Part shown: one piece after another, positions 15,312 through 24,310 of the stretch | Position numbering within the stretch: the stretch's first letter is position 1 | How the letters are laid out: the number at the start of each line of letters is the position of its first letter | Assembly: GCA_001774245.1 (NCBI GenBank) | Contig: MEZF01000047.1 | Coordinates: forward strand, 69,601 to 99,476 | Direction of reading: 5' to 3' | Length of the DNA: 29,876 nucleotides | Source of the DNA: Candidatus Bathyarchaeota archaeon RBG_13_52_12 | Lineage (GTDB): Archaea > Thermoproteota > Bathyarchaeia > TCS64 | Notes under the pieces: generated by a model | What the model was told of the DNA's origin: nothing | What the model saw: only the letters and a program-made list of their open reading frames with translations | The model's database searches: none | Translations under genes and position numbers: made by a program

Positions 15312-17162
15312 GTGCCTAGGATGGTAAACCGCAATAAGGCTATACTCCTCGCGGTCTCGGTTGGGCTCGGAGCCACGAGTTGGCTAGCTCAGATACTCAA
15401 CCTACTACCCCCACAGATCTACAACGCCCTATCCCTTCTGGGCGCTGTCCTAGGCGTCATATTCATCGCGCATAGCGCCATCAAGGCCTTGCTCGGTGGA
15501 GTCTTCGGCATAGACCTCCTCGCCACCGTCGCCATAGTGGCTTCCATTATGCTCGGTGAGAACCTAGCCGCTATTGTTGTCGTGCTTATGCTAGGGGGTG
15601 GCGAGATACTTGAAGAATTCATTAGTAGAAGAGCCAATAGGGCAATAGAGGAACTGATTGACGCCTTCCCAAAGTTCACCACGATGATCCGTGACGGAGA
15701 AGAGGTTGAGGTTTCGGTCTCGGAGGTAAAGCCTGGGGACGTCGTAGTCGTGAAGCCTGGTGGGATGATCCCGGTCGATGGCGAGGTCATCAATGGTAAT
15801 GCGACCGTCAACCAGAGCAGCGTGACGGGTGAGCCTCTCCCCGCCGAGAAGCAGCGGGGAGACGATGTTCTGAGCGGGTCAATAGTGGAGCTTGGCTCCG
15901 TCCAGATTCAAACCCGAGTAGTTGGCGCTGAGAGCACCTATGGTAGAATAATCGTTATGGTTAGGGAGGCTGAGGAGAATCAGGCACCAATAGTTCGCCT
16001 TGCTGATCGATTCGCAGGCTATTACATCCCCGTGATACTTGTGCTCGGTTTGGCAGTCTACTTTATTACACGTGACCCTGTCAAGATGGCTTCGGTCTTC
16101 ATCATAAGCTGCCCATGCGCCTTGACTCTCGCAACTCCAATGGCTGTAGCTGCGAGTATAGGCAATGGCGCAAGAAAAGGCATACTCATCAGAAATGGGG
16201 CTAGCCTGCAGAAACTCGCAGACGTCGACACCGTGGTCCTCGACAAGACGGGCACCCTCACACTCGGCCGCCCCAAGGTCTCGGAAGTTAAGGGCTTCAA
16301 TGGCACACCCGACCATGTCGTTCTTGCATTGGCCGCTGGAGCTGAGAGGCACTCCGAGCACCCCATAGCCAAAGCGGTCACCAATAAAGCTGAGGAGGAG
16401 GGCATCCAATCCGTGGAATGTTCCGAGGTGGAGACACACCCTGGTATGGGCATCTGTGTAACACACGACGAGACGCGAGTCACTGTCGGCAGCGAGAAGC
16501 TGCTACGACAGCAGGGAATAACCATCACAACCCAAGCAACAGAGTACCTGAGCAACCAAAACACAAATCAGTCCACGATACTCATAGCGAAGAACCGAGA
16601 CCTCATTGGAGCCATTACGGTTTCAGACACACTCAGGGAGAACGTCCGCGAGGTAATCTCTGACATGAGACGAAGTGGAGCCTCAAGAATCGTCATACTC
16701 ACGGGAGACAGGCGCGAGGTCGCTGACGAGGTGGCGACTAAGGCAGGCGTAGATGAAGTTGTAGCAGATCTACTGCCCGCAGAGAAGGTAACCCATGTGA
16801 AGAGATTGAAGGAAACCGGACGCAGGGTCGTGATGGTGGGAGACGGTATCAATGATGCACCAAGCCTCGCCACCGCTGACGTGGGCGTAGCTATGGGTCT
16901 CACTGGGACGGACATCGCCATCGAGACAGCGGGTATAACACTCTCGAATAACCGACTTGAAGGAATTCCAAAGTTGCTCCGAATTGGGCGTGAAACAATG
17001 AAGATAGTGAAACTCAACATTGGCTTCGCTCTCGTGGTAAACGCAATCGGGATAATACTCTCTGCAACTGGTCAGATTAATCCCCTGACCGCCAGCATCA
17101 TTCATGAGGGCAACGCTTTACTTGTTATGCTGAACTCGCTTCGACTACTCCGTGTTGACTAA
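15312..17162 (+). CDS. Heavy-metal P1B-type ATPase without an N-terminal metal-binding domain
   Basis: TGEP, SCPC, DKTGT, SEHP, GDGINDAP and HEG; ATG 15321 is an alternative start. Confidence 0.95.
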   Translation: MPRMVNRNKAILLAVSVGLGATSWLAQILNLLPPQIYNALSLLGAVLGVIFIAHSAIKALLGGVFGIDLLATVAIVASIMLGENLAAIVVVLMLGGGEILEEFISRRANRAIEELIDAFPKFTTMIRDGEEVEVSVSEVKPGDVVVVKPGGMIPVDGEVINGNATVNQSSVTGEPLPAEKQRGDDVLSGSIVELGSVQIQTRVVGAESTYGRIIVMVREAEENQAPIVRLADRFAGYYIPVILVLGLAVYFITRDPVKMASVFIISCPCALTLATPMAVAASIGNGARKGILIRNGASLQKLADVDTVVLDKTGTLTLGRPKVSEVKGFNGTPDHVVLALAAGAERHSEHPIAKAVTNKAEEEGIQSVECSEVETHPGMGICVTHDETRVTVGSEKLLRQQGITITTQATEYLSNQNTNQSTILIAKNRDLIGAITVSDTLRENVREVISDMRRSGASRIVILTGDRREVADEVATKAGVDEVVADLLPAEKVTHVKRLKETGRRVVMVGDGINDAPSLATADVGVAMGLTGTDIAIETAGITLSNNRLEGIPKLLRIGRETMKIVKLNIGFALVVNAIGIILSATGQINPLTASIIHEGNALLVMLNSLRLLRVD

Positions 17163-17384
17163 GGTGCGCACTGTTGAGTATCAGGTGGGACTCAGGATAA
17201 GACTACCGCGCGCGCGAACATCCCCGATTACTTGTGTCTAATGCAGTGGAATCGTGCGCTAGTGAGCCCTCAGGTGCGTATATGTGATGGGCACTGGGCA
17301 ATCCATCCTTCCCCCCGTGTTCCACCGCGAGCTTAAAACCGTCAGCGAAGTCTTTATCCTATATAATAGCAAACCGATATGTAA

Positions 17385-18080
17385 ATGCAAGCAGATGGGC
17401 TCCTAGTATACTCAGCAGGCGCAGTAGCGCCTCCACTTGAGTATGCTCTCAACACCTTCGATAGGAAAGAAGGGATCAGTTCCCGCTTCGTCGCCGGCAA
17501 GCCGGAGAGCCTGCTGAAAGCCATGGCCCTCAACACGAAGGGCGACGTGATGAGCTGCGGGGCAGAGTACGTCCACGACGAGGCAGAGGACCGAGGCCTC
17601 TTCAAAGTGGGCACGAGACGCAGCCTCGGCTACCGGCGCAGCGTCCTCATTGTTCAAGAGGGTAACCCCCGAGGCATCAAGAGGCTAAAGGATCTTGCCG
17701 AGCCCGGAGTTCGTGTCGGGGTAGCCGTTGGTGGCTGTTTGAAGGGAGTCTGGGATGATGTATGCAGTAAAGCTGGAATTATAGAGGCTGTGAGAGCGAA
17801 TATTGTGGAACACGCAGACGCCTGCGGGACCCTGATGGGGCTAATACACTCTAACAAGGTCGACGTTGTCTTCGGGTGGAACGCCTTCAAGAACATCTGG
17901 CCGGATACATGCGAGTCTGTCGAGCTTCCAAGAGACGTACAGGTCTTCAGGAGCACCGCAGCCCAAGTCATCACCTACACGCGAGACGAGTCACTGTCGA
18001 GGAAGTTCATCGACTTTCTGACGTCCACCGAGGGGCGGCGCATCTACGAGGAGTATGGCTGGCTTCACGTGCCCCGCTAA
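17385..18080 (+). CDS. ModA-like type 2 periplasmic-binding-fold protein lacking a signal peptide
   Basis: LVYSAGAV..PL, GNPRGIKRLKDL..PGVRVGV, KVDVVFGW and FIDFLTS.EGRRIYEEYG. No hydrophobic leader; leaderless ATG after a TATA element. Confidence 0.8.
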   Translation: MQADGLLVYSAGAVAPPLEYALNTFDRKEGISSRFVAGKPESLLKAMALNTKGDVMSCGAEYVHDEAEDRGLFKVGTRRSLGYRRSVLIVQEGNPRGIKRLKDLAEPGVRVGVAVGGCLKGVWDDVCSKAGIIEAVRANIVEHADACGTLMGLIHSNKVDVVFGWNAFKNIWPDTCESVELPRDVQVFRSTAAQVITYTRDESLSRKFIDFLTSTEGRRIYEEYGWLHVPR

Positions 18081-18808
18081 GCGAGCCTTTTCCTGAGCAC
18101 CCTCTCAGCCCACAGCAGGCACCCCGCTGAGAACGCCACGAGTACGAGGAGGTCGAGAAGATACGTCACCGTTGGCAGTGGGTATGCCATCGCCTCCTTT
18201 AGCGCCTCAATCGAGTAGGTGAGGGGTAGGAATCTGGAGAAGAGTCTGAGCGCCTCGGGCATCGACTCGACGGATATGAAGGCCCCTCCGAGGAATGCCA
18301 TCGGGAACCTGAGGAAGTTCGAGTACATCTGGGCCTCCGGTATCCACTTAGAGTAGGCGGAGGCGACTATGCCAAGGCAGGCGAAGGCGAAGCTACTAAC
18401 AGCAACCGCCACCAGGACGGCTATGTGTCCCGCAACCTGAGCGCCTGAAAGAAGTGTCACAGGGACGAGGGCGAGGATGGCTAAGACGGGTCCGAAGGCG
18501 GCGCCCCCAAGGGCCTTACCGAGCAGCACCCATCGAAGGCTAACTGGCGCGACGAGGAGCCTCTCGAATGTGCCGCTCGTCCTCTCGGATACGATGGCGA
18601 CTGCCTCTATGCTAGTGGCGCCAAAGAGAACGACGAGGCTGACGAGGCCGCTTATCAGTGTGGCTGCGTTGAGGTTGCCTGAGACGCCGAAGGCGAGGTA
18701 GAGGGCGAGGGGCATGAGTAGCCCGTAGGTGAAGTTCGGCGCCTTCAAGTAGTAGACCCTAATGTCCTTACGGGCTATGTACAGCGCCCTCTCCAGCTGT
18801 TCCCTCAT
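18077..18808 (-). CDS. ABC-2 type exporter permease
   Basis: ERTSGTFERLLVAPV, FLGGAFISVESMP and LPLTYSIEALK. Confidence 0.93.
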   Translation of the reverse strand: MREQLERALYIARKDIRVYYLKAPNFTYGLLMPLALYLAFGVSGNLNAATLISGLVSLVVLFGATSIEAVAIVSERTSGTFERLLVAPVSLRWVLLGKALGGAAFGPVLAILALVPVTLLSGAQVAGHIAVLVAVAVSSFAFACLGIVASAYSKWIPEAQMYSNFLRFPMAFLGGAFISVESMPEALRLFSRFLPLTYSIEALKEAMAYPLPTVTYLLDLLVLVAFSAGCLLWAERVLRKRLA

Positions 18809-19782
18809 CCATCCATCCTCCTCTGCCTCGGCTGTACCTTATCTCTGGATACCTCGTCGGGGGTCGTCCCGGTGATCTTCAGGAAGGCGTCCTCGAGGCT
18901 CGGCTTCAGCGTGTTGATCGTCGCTATCCTAGAACCGCGATTCCTCGCGTATTCAACAAGATCCGAGACGGAGTCGCCTTCACCTGCTAATCTGAGCCTG
19001 TACTTGTCGCCGAGCTTGTAAACCTCAACGACACCTGGGAGCCTCTTCAGTCCATCCTCTGGGACTGGGGCACTGAAGCTCACCTCCACGACCCTGTCAC
19101 CCGTCACGCTGGCTTTGAGGTTCTCCGGGGAGTCCAAGGCGACTATCCTTCCCCAGTTGATCACTGCGATCGTGTTGCAGAGCTGATCGGCCTCCTCAAG
19201 GTAGTGGGTGGTGAGGAAGATGGTTACACCCTCCTTGTTGAGTCGTCTAACCTGGTCTCGTAGCTGGTGGGCGCTCTGAACGTCTAGGCCCGTCGTGGGC
19301 TCGTCCAGGAAGAGAAGCTCTGGGCGGTGCATGAGGGCGCAGGCTATGGTGAGGCGCCTCTTCATGCCACGGCTTAATCCGAGGACCGTGTCTCTGGCCC
19401 TGTCGGCTAGGTTGAACACTTCAAGCAGCTGCATTGCTCTACTCTTCCTCTCTGAGCTGGGTACGCCGTAGAGTTCACCCGAGAAGACGAGGTTCCCAAG
19501 CGCCGTCATCTCCTCGTAGATGTTGGAGGCCTCCGGGACAACGCCAACCTTTGACTTAACCAACTGGTTCTCTTCAGCGACATTGTAGTCGAGGACGGTT
19601 GCCTCCCCGGAATTAGGTCTCGTTAGCCCCGTCAGGATACGAATCGTTGTGGTTTTCCCTGCCCCGTTGGGGCCTAGTAGTCCGAAGACGCTTCCCCGGT
19701 GTACATCGAAGCTGATGCCGTTGAGGGCGGTGAGGTCATCGTAGCGCTTAGTCAGGCTGTTCACGGATATTGCAGATCCCAT
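18805..19782 (-). CDS. ABC exporter ATP-binding protein (DrrA-like)
   Basis: GPNGAGKTT, LSRGMKRR, LFLDEPT and TTHYLEEAD; ATG 19782 preferred over GTG 19791. Confidence 0.95.
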   Translation of the reverse strand: MGSAISVNSLTKRYDDLTALNGISFDVHRGSVFGLLGPNGAGKTTTIRILTGLTRPNSGEATVLDYNVAEENQLVKSKVGVVPEASNIYEEMTALGNLVFSGELYGVPSSERKSRAMQLLEVFNLADRARDTVLGLSRGMKRRLTIACALMHRPELLFLDEPTTGLDVQSAHQLRDQVRRLNKEGVTIFLTTHYLEEADQLCNTIAVINWGRIVALDSPENLKASVTGDRVVEVSFSAPVPEDGLKRLPGVVEVYKLGDKYRLRLAGEGDSVSDLVEYARNRGSRIATINTLKPSLEDAFLKITGTTPDEVSRDKVQPRQRRMDG

Positions 19783-19856
19783 GTTCCTCACTCTATCACC
19801 ATTGGAATCTCAACATGTGTCATTGAAAAGCTCCTCGTATCGGGCGATGCATGTGG

Positions 19857-20249
19857 TTATATCGGTGCGTGCGAGCAGGCGCATGATTTCGCCTGATTTA
19901 GACTCGGCATCGCTTCCCTGTGAAGCTCGCACACTAGTCCTTCGGTCCGCAACGTGTAACACACCCTACACATCTTCATGAGAAGCACATCAGGTGGCGT
20001 TTGACCTTCTGCGAGATCGGAGGCTATCTCAGAGACCAGGCTGATTACACTGCTCGATCGCTCAAGGACGCCGGAGCCCGCGTCGCCCCGAGACCTGTTA
20101 AGATATTGAGTTACAGCAGCCGGCGTCACTTCCATCATGTCGGCAACCTCCGTTTTCCTCAGCCCGTGCTCCTCTATGAGCTCTTTAGCTATGGCTCCCC
20201 TTAACGCTGGGAGGATGTATTGAACCACGATCATGCATGGAGGCTTCAA
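19857..20249 (-). CDS. Archaeal HTH transcriptional regulator with a Cys-rich C-terminus (COG2522-like)
   Basis: MKPPC..VVQYILPALRGAIAKEL and VTPAAVTQYL..SRG; CRVC..CELH..CAC. Confidence 0.85.
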   Translation of the reverse strand: MKPPCMIVVQYILPALRGAIAKELIEEHGLRKTEVADMMEVTPAAVTQYLNRSRGDAGSGVLERSSSVISLVSEIASDLAEGQTPPDVLLMKMCRVCYTLRTEGLVCELHREAMPSLNQAKSCACSHAPI

Positions 20250-20282
20250 TGTACCGCCATCAGGGTCTTAGAGGCAAGGCTT

Positions 20283-20307
20283 ATATTTTTAACGCCGTTA
20301 AAAATAT
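20283..20307. promoter_or_regulatory. 25-bp palindromic operator over the regulator promoter
   Basis: ATATTTTTAACG-C-CGTTAAAAATAT has perfect 12-bp arms and overlaps the TATA ~30-40 nt upstream of TTG 20249. Confidence 0.75.
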
Positions 20308-20516
20308 TAACACCGGAGTTGGCGTTCAAGCGATAATTCCTCACTCGCTTAGACACTAGCCAGCTCCGGCATGCTCCCTGAAGGGTTCTTCTCCTTATTA
20401 GGCTGAGGAGTTATACACGCGCTCTAATAGTAACAGCTCAATGTTTGCTGGCATTCGTACAGGGTAGATTGATCACGAGGTCTTAATGGAGATCGCGCGC
20501 GCGACGGTGTAATATT

Positions 20517-20604
20517 TGGTGCGGAGGATGGGATTCGAACCCATGAACCCCTTCGGGATAGGAGCCTCAGTCCTACGCCTTTGGCCTAGCTGGGCGACCT
20601 CCGC
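20517..20604 (-). tRNA. tRNA-Leu (GAG), long variable arm, encoded CCA
   Basis: GCGGAGG/CCTCCGC acceptor, TAGGA-CTGAGGC-TCCTA anticodon arm, ATGGG-TTCGAAT-CCCAT T arm, then A-CCA. Confidence 0.97.
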
Positions 20605-20656
20605 CCACCAAAGTTACCCGCCATCGCCCATTTAAATGGTTTGTCAAGGCGCGGGA

Positions 20657-20731
20657 TGGGGCCTCTGCTGGGAGTCGAACCCAGGTCAAGGGATCCACAG
20701 TCCCGTATGCTACCGTTACACCACAGAGGCC
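20657..20731 (-). tRNA. tRNA-His (GTG) with encoded G-1 and CCA
   Basis: G-GCCTCTG/CAGAGGC-C-CCA, anticodon loop CTGTGGA, CTGGG-TTCGACT-CCCAG; C27:U43 mismatch. Confidence 0.95.
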
Positions 20732-20881
20732 GCGCGGAAAATGTGATACAGGGGATACATTAAAAGGGTTTCGCGAACAGAGGCACGGTCACAACATGTG
20801 AGTACTGGGCGCGAGCATCGCCGGTGAGTTCCGCTTATAAAGGAATCAACGTACCTCCCAATGTAAAGGAGGTGAGCCGAG

Positions 20882-22138
20882 ACGAGCGCCGAGAACAAGA
20901 AAAGCGGTATCATCGGGAGGTTTAGGTCCGAGTTCGGCTTCATAACTGGCAACTTTCTCATCATGGCGTTGAGCTGGCTCATCCTCGACTTCGCCACGGA
21001 GTTACCCGGCACCTACTACCCCTTATACGTCCAGGCTCTGGGAGGCACCGGCGCGACAATCGGCTTAATCGGCGCCGTCGAGGCAACCTCAAGGGGCATC
21101 GTGCAAATACCCGGCGGCTACCTCGCAGACAAGTATGGCCGTAGGTGGCTCATAGCCTCCATGACCTTCGTCGCCGCCTTCAGCCGCGTCTTCTACATCT
21201 TCGCCCCAACTTGGGGGTGGATACTCGTCGGCGCTTTGCTGGTCGGTGTGACGAACATCTATGGCCCCGCGCTGATGGCGATCGTGGCCGACTCAGTTCC
21301 TAAGGAGAAGCGGGGCATGGCCTACAGCATCATAAATCTCATAAGCAGCGTCTCGACGACTCCCGCGCCCCTCCTCGCCGGAGTGCTGTACGCCAGGATG
21401 GGGCTCATCCCCAGCATGAGGCTCGGATACGGCGTCGCACTGATCGGCTTAGTCGCGGCTGCGGTGATGCGCCTACGGCTCAAGGAGACCGTGGTGAAGC
21501 CTGAGAAGTTTAACGTGGGCGACCTAGCAGCCACCGTGCCCAGCTCGATGCGGGAGAGCATAGGGGTATGGCGGATCGTGCCGAGGTCAGCCTTCATCTT
21601 CTTCATATGCAACTTCGTCGCCAGCTTTGCAATCGGCCTATTCCAGCCAGTCCTCATTCTCTACGTTGTTAATGACCTTGGCGTCGACCCTGTGGCTCTC
21701 TCCTACTTAATGACCGCGATGTTCGTGACCATGATCATTGTAGCTATTCCGAGCGGCAAGCTCATCGACAAGATAGGGCGTAAGAAGCCGCTTATCATCG
21801 CCGGAGTGGCCTCTATAGTTTGGGTGCCCCTCCTCGTCTGGGGCGACTTCCTGAGGCTTATGCTCGCCATGACCCTCACCGGGCTCCTTATAGTCCTCTT
21901 CACCTCAGCTGGCAACACCCTCTTCGCCGACCTCATACCCAAGGAGCACAGGGGAAAGGCGAACGGCTCCCTAGGGTTCTTCAGCATGATCGCCATGTCC
22001 GCTGGCCAGATCACGGGGGGCTGGCTCTACGATAACGTCAATCACCAGCTCCCCTTTTGGGGGGAGGCGATCATGATGGTGCCAGCTATACTTCTGATTG
22101 TATTCCTAATCGAGGAGCCCGAGAAGGCAGAGGATTAG
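20882..22138 (+). CDS. MFS transporter
   Basis: GGYLADKYGRRWLI and GKLIDKIGRKK. The frame extends upstream of ATG 20963 to ACG 20882, 6 nt after GGAGGTGA. Confidence 0.92.
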   Translation, partial: TSAENKKSGIIGRFRSEFGFITGNFLIMALSWLILDFATELPGTYYPLYVQALGGTGATIGLIGAVEATSRGIVQIPGGYLADKYGRRWLIASMTFVAAFSRVFYIFAPTWGWILVGALLVGVTNIYGPALMAIVADSVPKEKRGMAYSIINLISSVSTTPAPLLAGVLYARMGLIPSMRLGYGVALIGLVAAAVMRLRLKETVVKPEKFNVGDLAATVPSSMRESIGVWRIVPRSAFIFFICNFVASFAIGLFQPVLILYVVNDLGVDPVALSYLMTAMFVTMIIVAIPSGKLIDKIGRKKPLIIAGVASIVWVPLLVWGDFLRLMLAMTLTGLLIVLFTSAGNTLFADLIPKEHRGKANGSLGFFSMIAMSAGQITGGWLYDNVNHQLPFWGEAIMMVPAILLIVFLIEEPEKAED

Positions 22139-22803
22139 ACGAGGCGGTTACTCGTCAGGTAGTCGGGTAGCTCCCTCAGGCTAGGCAGTACAGCGTCGGG
22201 CTTCGCCGCCTCAAGCTTCTCCTTCTTCTGAGTACCTGTGAGAACCCCGATGGTAAGACACTTCGCGTTGTGGCCCTCCTCGATGCCTATTGCGGTGTCG
22301 TCGACCTTAAGGACCTCGGATGGGTCGCGTATGTGGCAATGGCGCATAGTACGCCTTATCATGGCGGGGCTTGGCCGCTCCTCTTCAACTATCTCACTGC
22401 ACGTCCAGTAGTCGATGAGGCCATGCCTCTCCCAACCGAGGTGCTTGACTATGTCGTGGGTGATGACGGCGGGGAAACCGCTCTCTACGCCAACCGCCAC
22501 GCTGTGGGTCCTCAGCCACGTAAAGGTATCCGATGCGCCTTTCATCTCCTTCACTTTAGCGATGTTGGACTGAAGCATCTCGACGAAATCCTTGTAAATC
22601 TCGGGTGCCTTGTCTCCGCCGAGCATGTTTATCACCTCCCTCTTATCGCGTCCGCGCATATCGTTAAGGGTCTCCATCGGGACCTCGACGCCGTGGCGAC
22701 GGAAGGCATCATCGTAGCTCTTAAGGACCAGGGGCGTCCCGTCGATGACATCGTCGACAGTGGTCCCAGCCATGTCGAAGACTATGAGACGTATCCGCGC
22801 CAT
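22135..22803 (-). CDS. HAD-family hydrolase, phosphonatase (PhnX)-like
   Basis: FDMAGTTVD, RPSPAMI, KVDDTAIGIEEG and GVLTG. Confidence 0.85.
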   Translation of the reverse strand: MARIRLIVFDMAGTTVDDVIDGTPLVLKSYDDAFRRHGVEVPMETLNDMRGRDKREVINMLGGDKAPEIYKDFVEMLQSNIAKVKEMKGASDTFTWLRTHSVAVGVESGFPAVITHDIVKHLGWERHGLIDYWTCSEIVEEERPSPAMIRRTMRHCHIRDPSEVLKVDDTAIGIEEGHNAKCLTIGVLTGTQKKEKLEAAKPDAVLPSLRELPDYLTSNRLV

Positions 22804-23343
22804 CTAGGACCACTGGTCCACGGAGACGATCTCGCTGATCTCCTTCCTCTTCCCCGGCTGCGCCCACTTCGGATCCTTTGGGTATCCTAGGGGCGTCACT
22901 GCGGCGACGTTCCACCCCGTAGGGATGTCGAGGATCTCCTTGATAGACTCATTATCGAACAGTCCGATCCAGCAGGTGCCGAGACCTTCCGCGCGCGCCG
23001 CGAGGATAAGGTGAGTGAGGCCGATCGCCGAGTCTATCAGGAAACTCATCTCACCCATGTAGCCTCCGCGGTCGTACTTGATGTCGCTACCACAAGCTAC
23101 AACCACTATGGGCGCTTCAGCGATCCAATGCTGCCCCCCACAAAGCGTAGCTATCTTCTTTCTGAGTTCAGGGCTCTTAACTAAGAGGTACTTCCAGGGC
23201 TGCCTATTGCTTCCCGAGGGTGCAAACCTCGCCGCGTCTAGAACCCTGCTGAGGGCCTCCTCGGGTACGGCATTCGGTTTATAGCTGCGGACACTCCGCC
23301 GCGTCTTGATGACGTCGTAGAACTCCATGACCATCAGTGTCAC
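22804..23343 (-). CDS. Nitroreductase family protein
   Basis: RRSVRSY, APSGSNRQPW and GLGTCWIG. The true start may be ATG 23334 or 23328. Confidence 0.93.
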   Translation of the reverse strand: MTLMVMEFYDVIKTRRSVRSYKPNAVPEEALSRVLDAARFAPSGSNRQPWKYLLVKSPELRKKIATLCGGQHWIAEAPIVVVACGSDIKYDRGGYMGEMSFLIDSAIGLTHLILAARAEGLGTCWIGLFDNESIKEILDIPTGWNVAAVTPLGYPKDPKWAQPGKRKEISEIVSVDQWS

Positions 23344-23437
23344 TGGTATTTTGCTGGATTTAAAGGAGGAGAATGGCCTTTGCTCTTCGTAATGGCATGT
23401 TTTATCTAGTGGTGGTGTTCATCTGACCCCGATTCGT

Positions 23438-24250
23438 ATGCAGACCATTAATCTGGGTGGCTTGAGGGTGAGTCGGCTCTGCTTTGGCACGGAGCCGCTA
23501 GCAATCAAGAAGGGGCCGGACGGTAAACAGACGCAGGGTGATAAGACTCCTGTTGAGGGCGGAGAGATACTTGCAGAAGCATTGAGGCTCGGCGTCTACA
23601 TGTGGGACACTTCTGACGACTACGGAACTCACCCTCACGTCCGAGAGGCCTTGAAGAGGGTGAAGAGGAGCAGCGTCGTCGTCGCCGACAAGTCGAACGC
23701 CGCCACCTACGTGGCGGGCGTCAACGCTGTCGAGTTCGCTCTCAACGACCTTGGGACCGAATACATCGACATCATGTTCCTCCACATAGTGCCACCAAGG
23801 CCGATACAGAGGAAGGACGCCAACGATAGATTCTACGTGAGCCAGGACCTCAAGGGTAGGAAGGGGGCCCTCGAAGCATATATGGAGGCGAGGGACTCGG
23901 GGAGGATAAAGAAGATAGCGCTCTCCACCCACAGCACGGACACCCTCCGCCAGGTACTTGACTACCAGGAGATAGACATCGTCTGCGCCCCCCTCAACAA
24001 GTTGGGCACATACCTAGACGACGGGACTCAGGAGGAACGGCTTAACGCGTTTAAAGCGTTGCACGACTCAGGGAAAGGTGTCTACGTAATAAAGACACTC
24101 GCGGCGGGTAGGTACAGGGATGACGCCGATGCTTGCATCAGGTACGTCCTCGGGTTCCACGACTTCATCGACGTCTGGAATATTGGCATGTACGACGTAG
24201 GAGAAGTGAAGAGGAACATCGCTCTCTTCTCCGACGCCCTCGGGAAGTAG
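23438..24250 (+). CDS. Aldo/keto reductase family protein
   Basis: VSRLCFGT, WDTSDDYGT, ADKS, YIDIMFLH and GRIKKIALSTH. Confidence 0.88.
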   Translation: MQTINLGGLRVSRLCFGTEPLAIKKGPDGKQTQGDKTPVEGGEILAEALRLGVYMWDTSDDYGTHPHVREALKRVKRSSVVVADKSNAATYVAGVNAVEFALNDLGTEYIDIMFLHIVPPRPIQRKDANDRFYVSQDLKGRKGALEAYMEARDSGRIKKIALSTHSTDTLRQVLDYQEIDIVCAPLNKLGTYLDDGTQEERLNAFKALHDSGKGVYVIKTLAAGRYRDDADACIRYVLGFHDFIDVWNIGMYDVGEVKRNIALFSDALGK

Positions 24251-24310
24251 CCATAACCCTCCTCTTTTTAACCCGACTCGTTTTTCTTTACCTTAATCCG
24301 GTGTGCCAGC

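Noticed and set aside
17262-17282. Minus-strand peptide YTHLRAH, identical to translated Nextera adapter
   Set aside because: The DNA does not match CTGTCTCTTATACACATCT, so this is a coincidence at protein level.
20517-20731. tRNAs as integration (att) sites for the ParB island
   Set aside because: No duplicate of either tRNA 3' end and no integrase in the window; the island is ~7 kb away.
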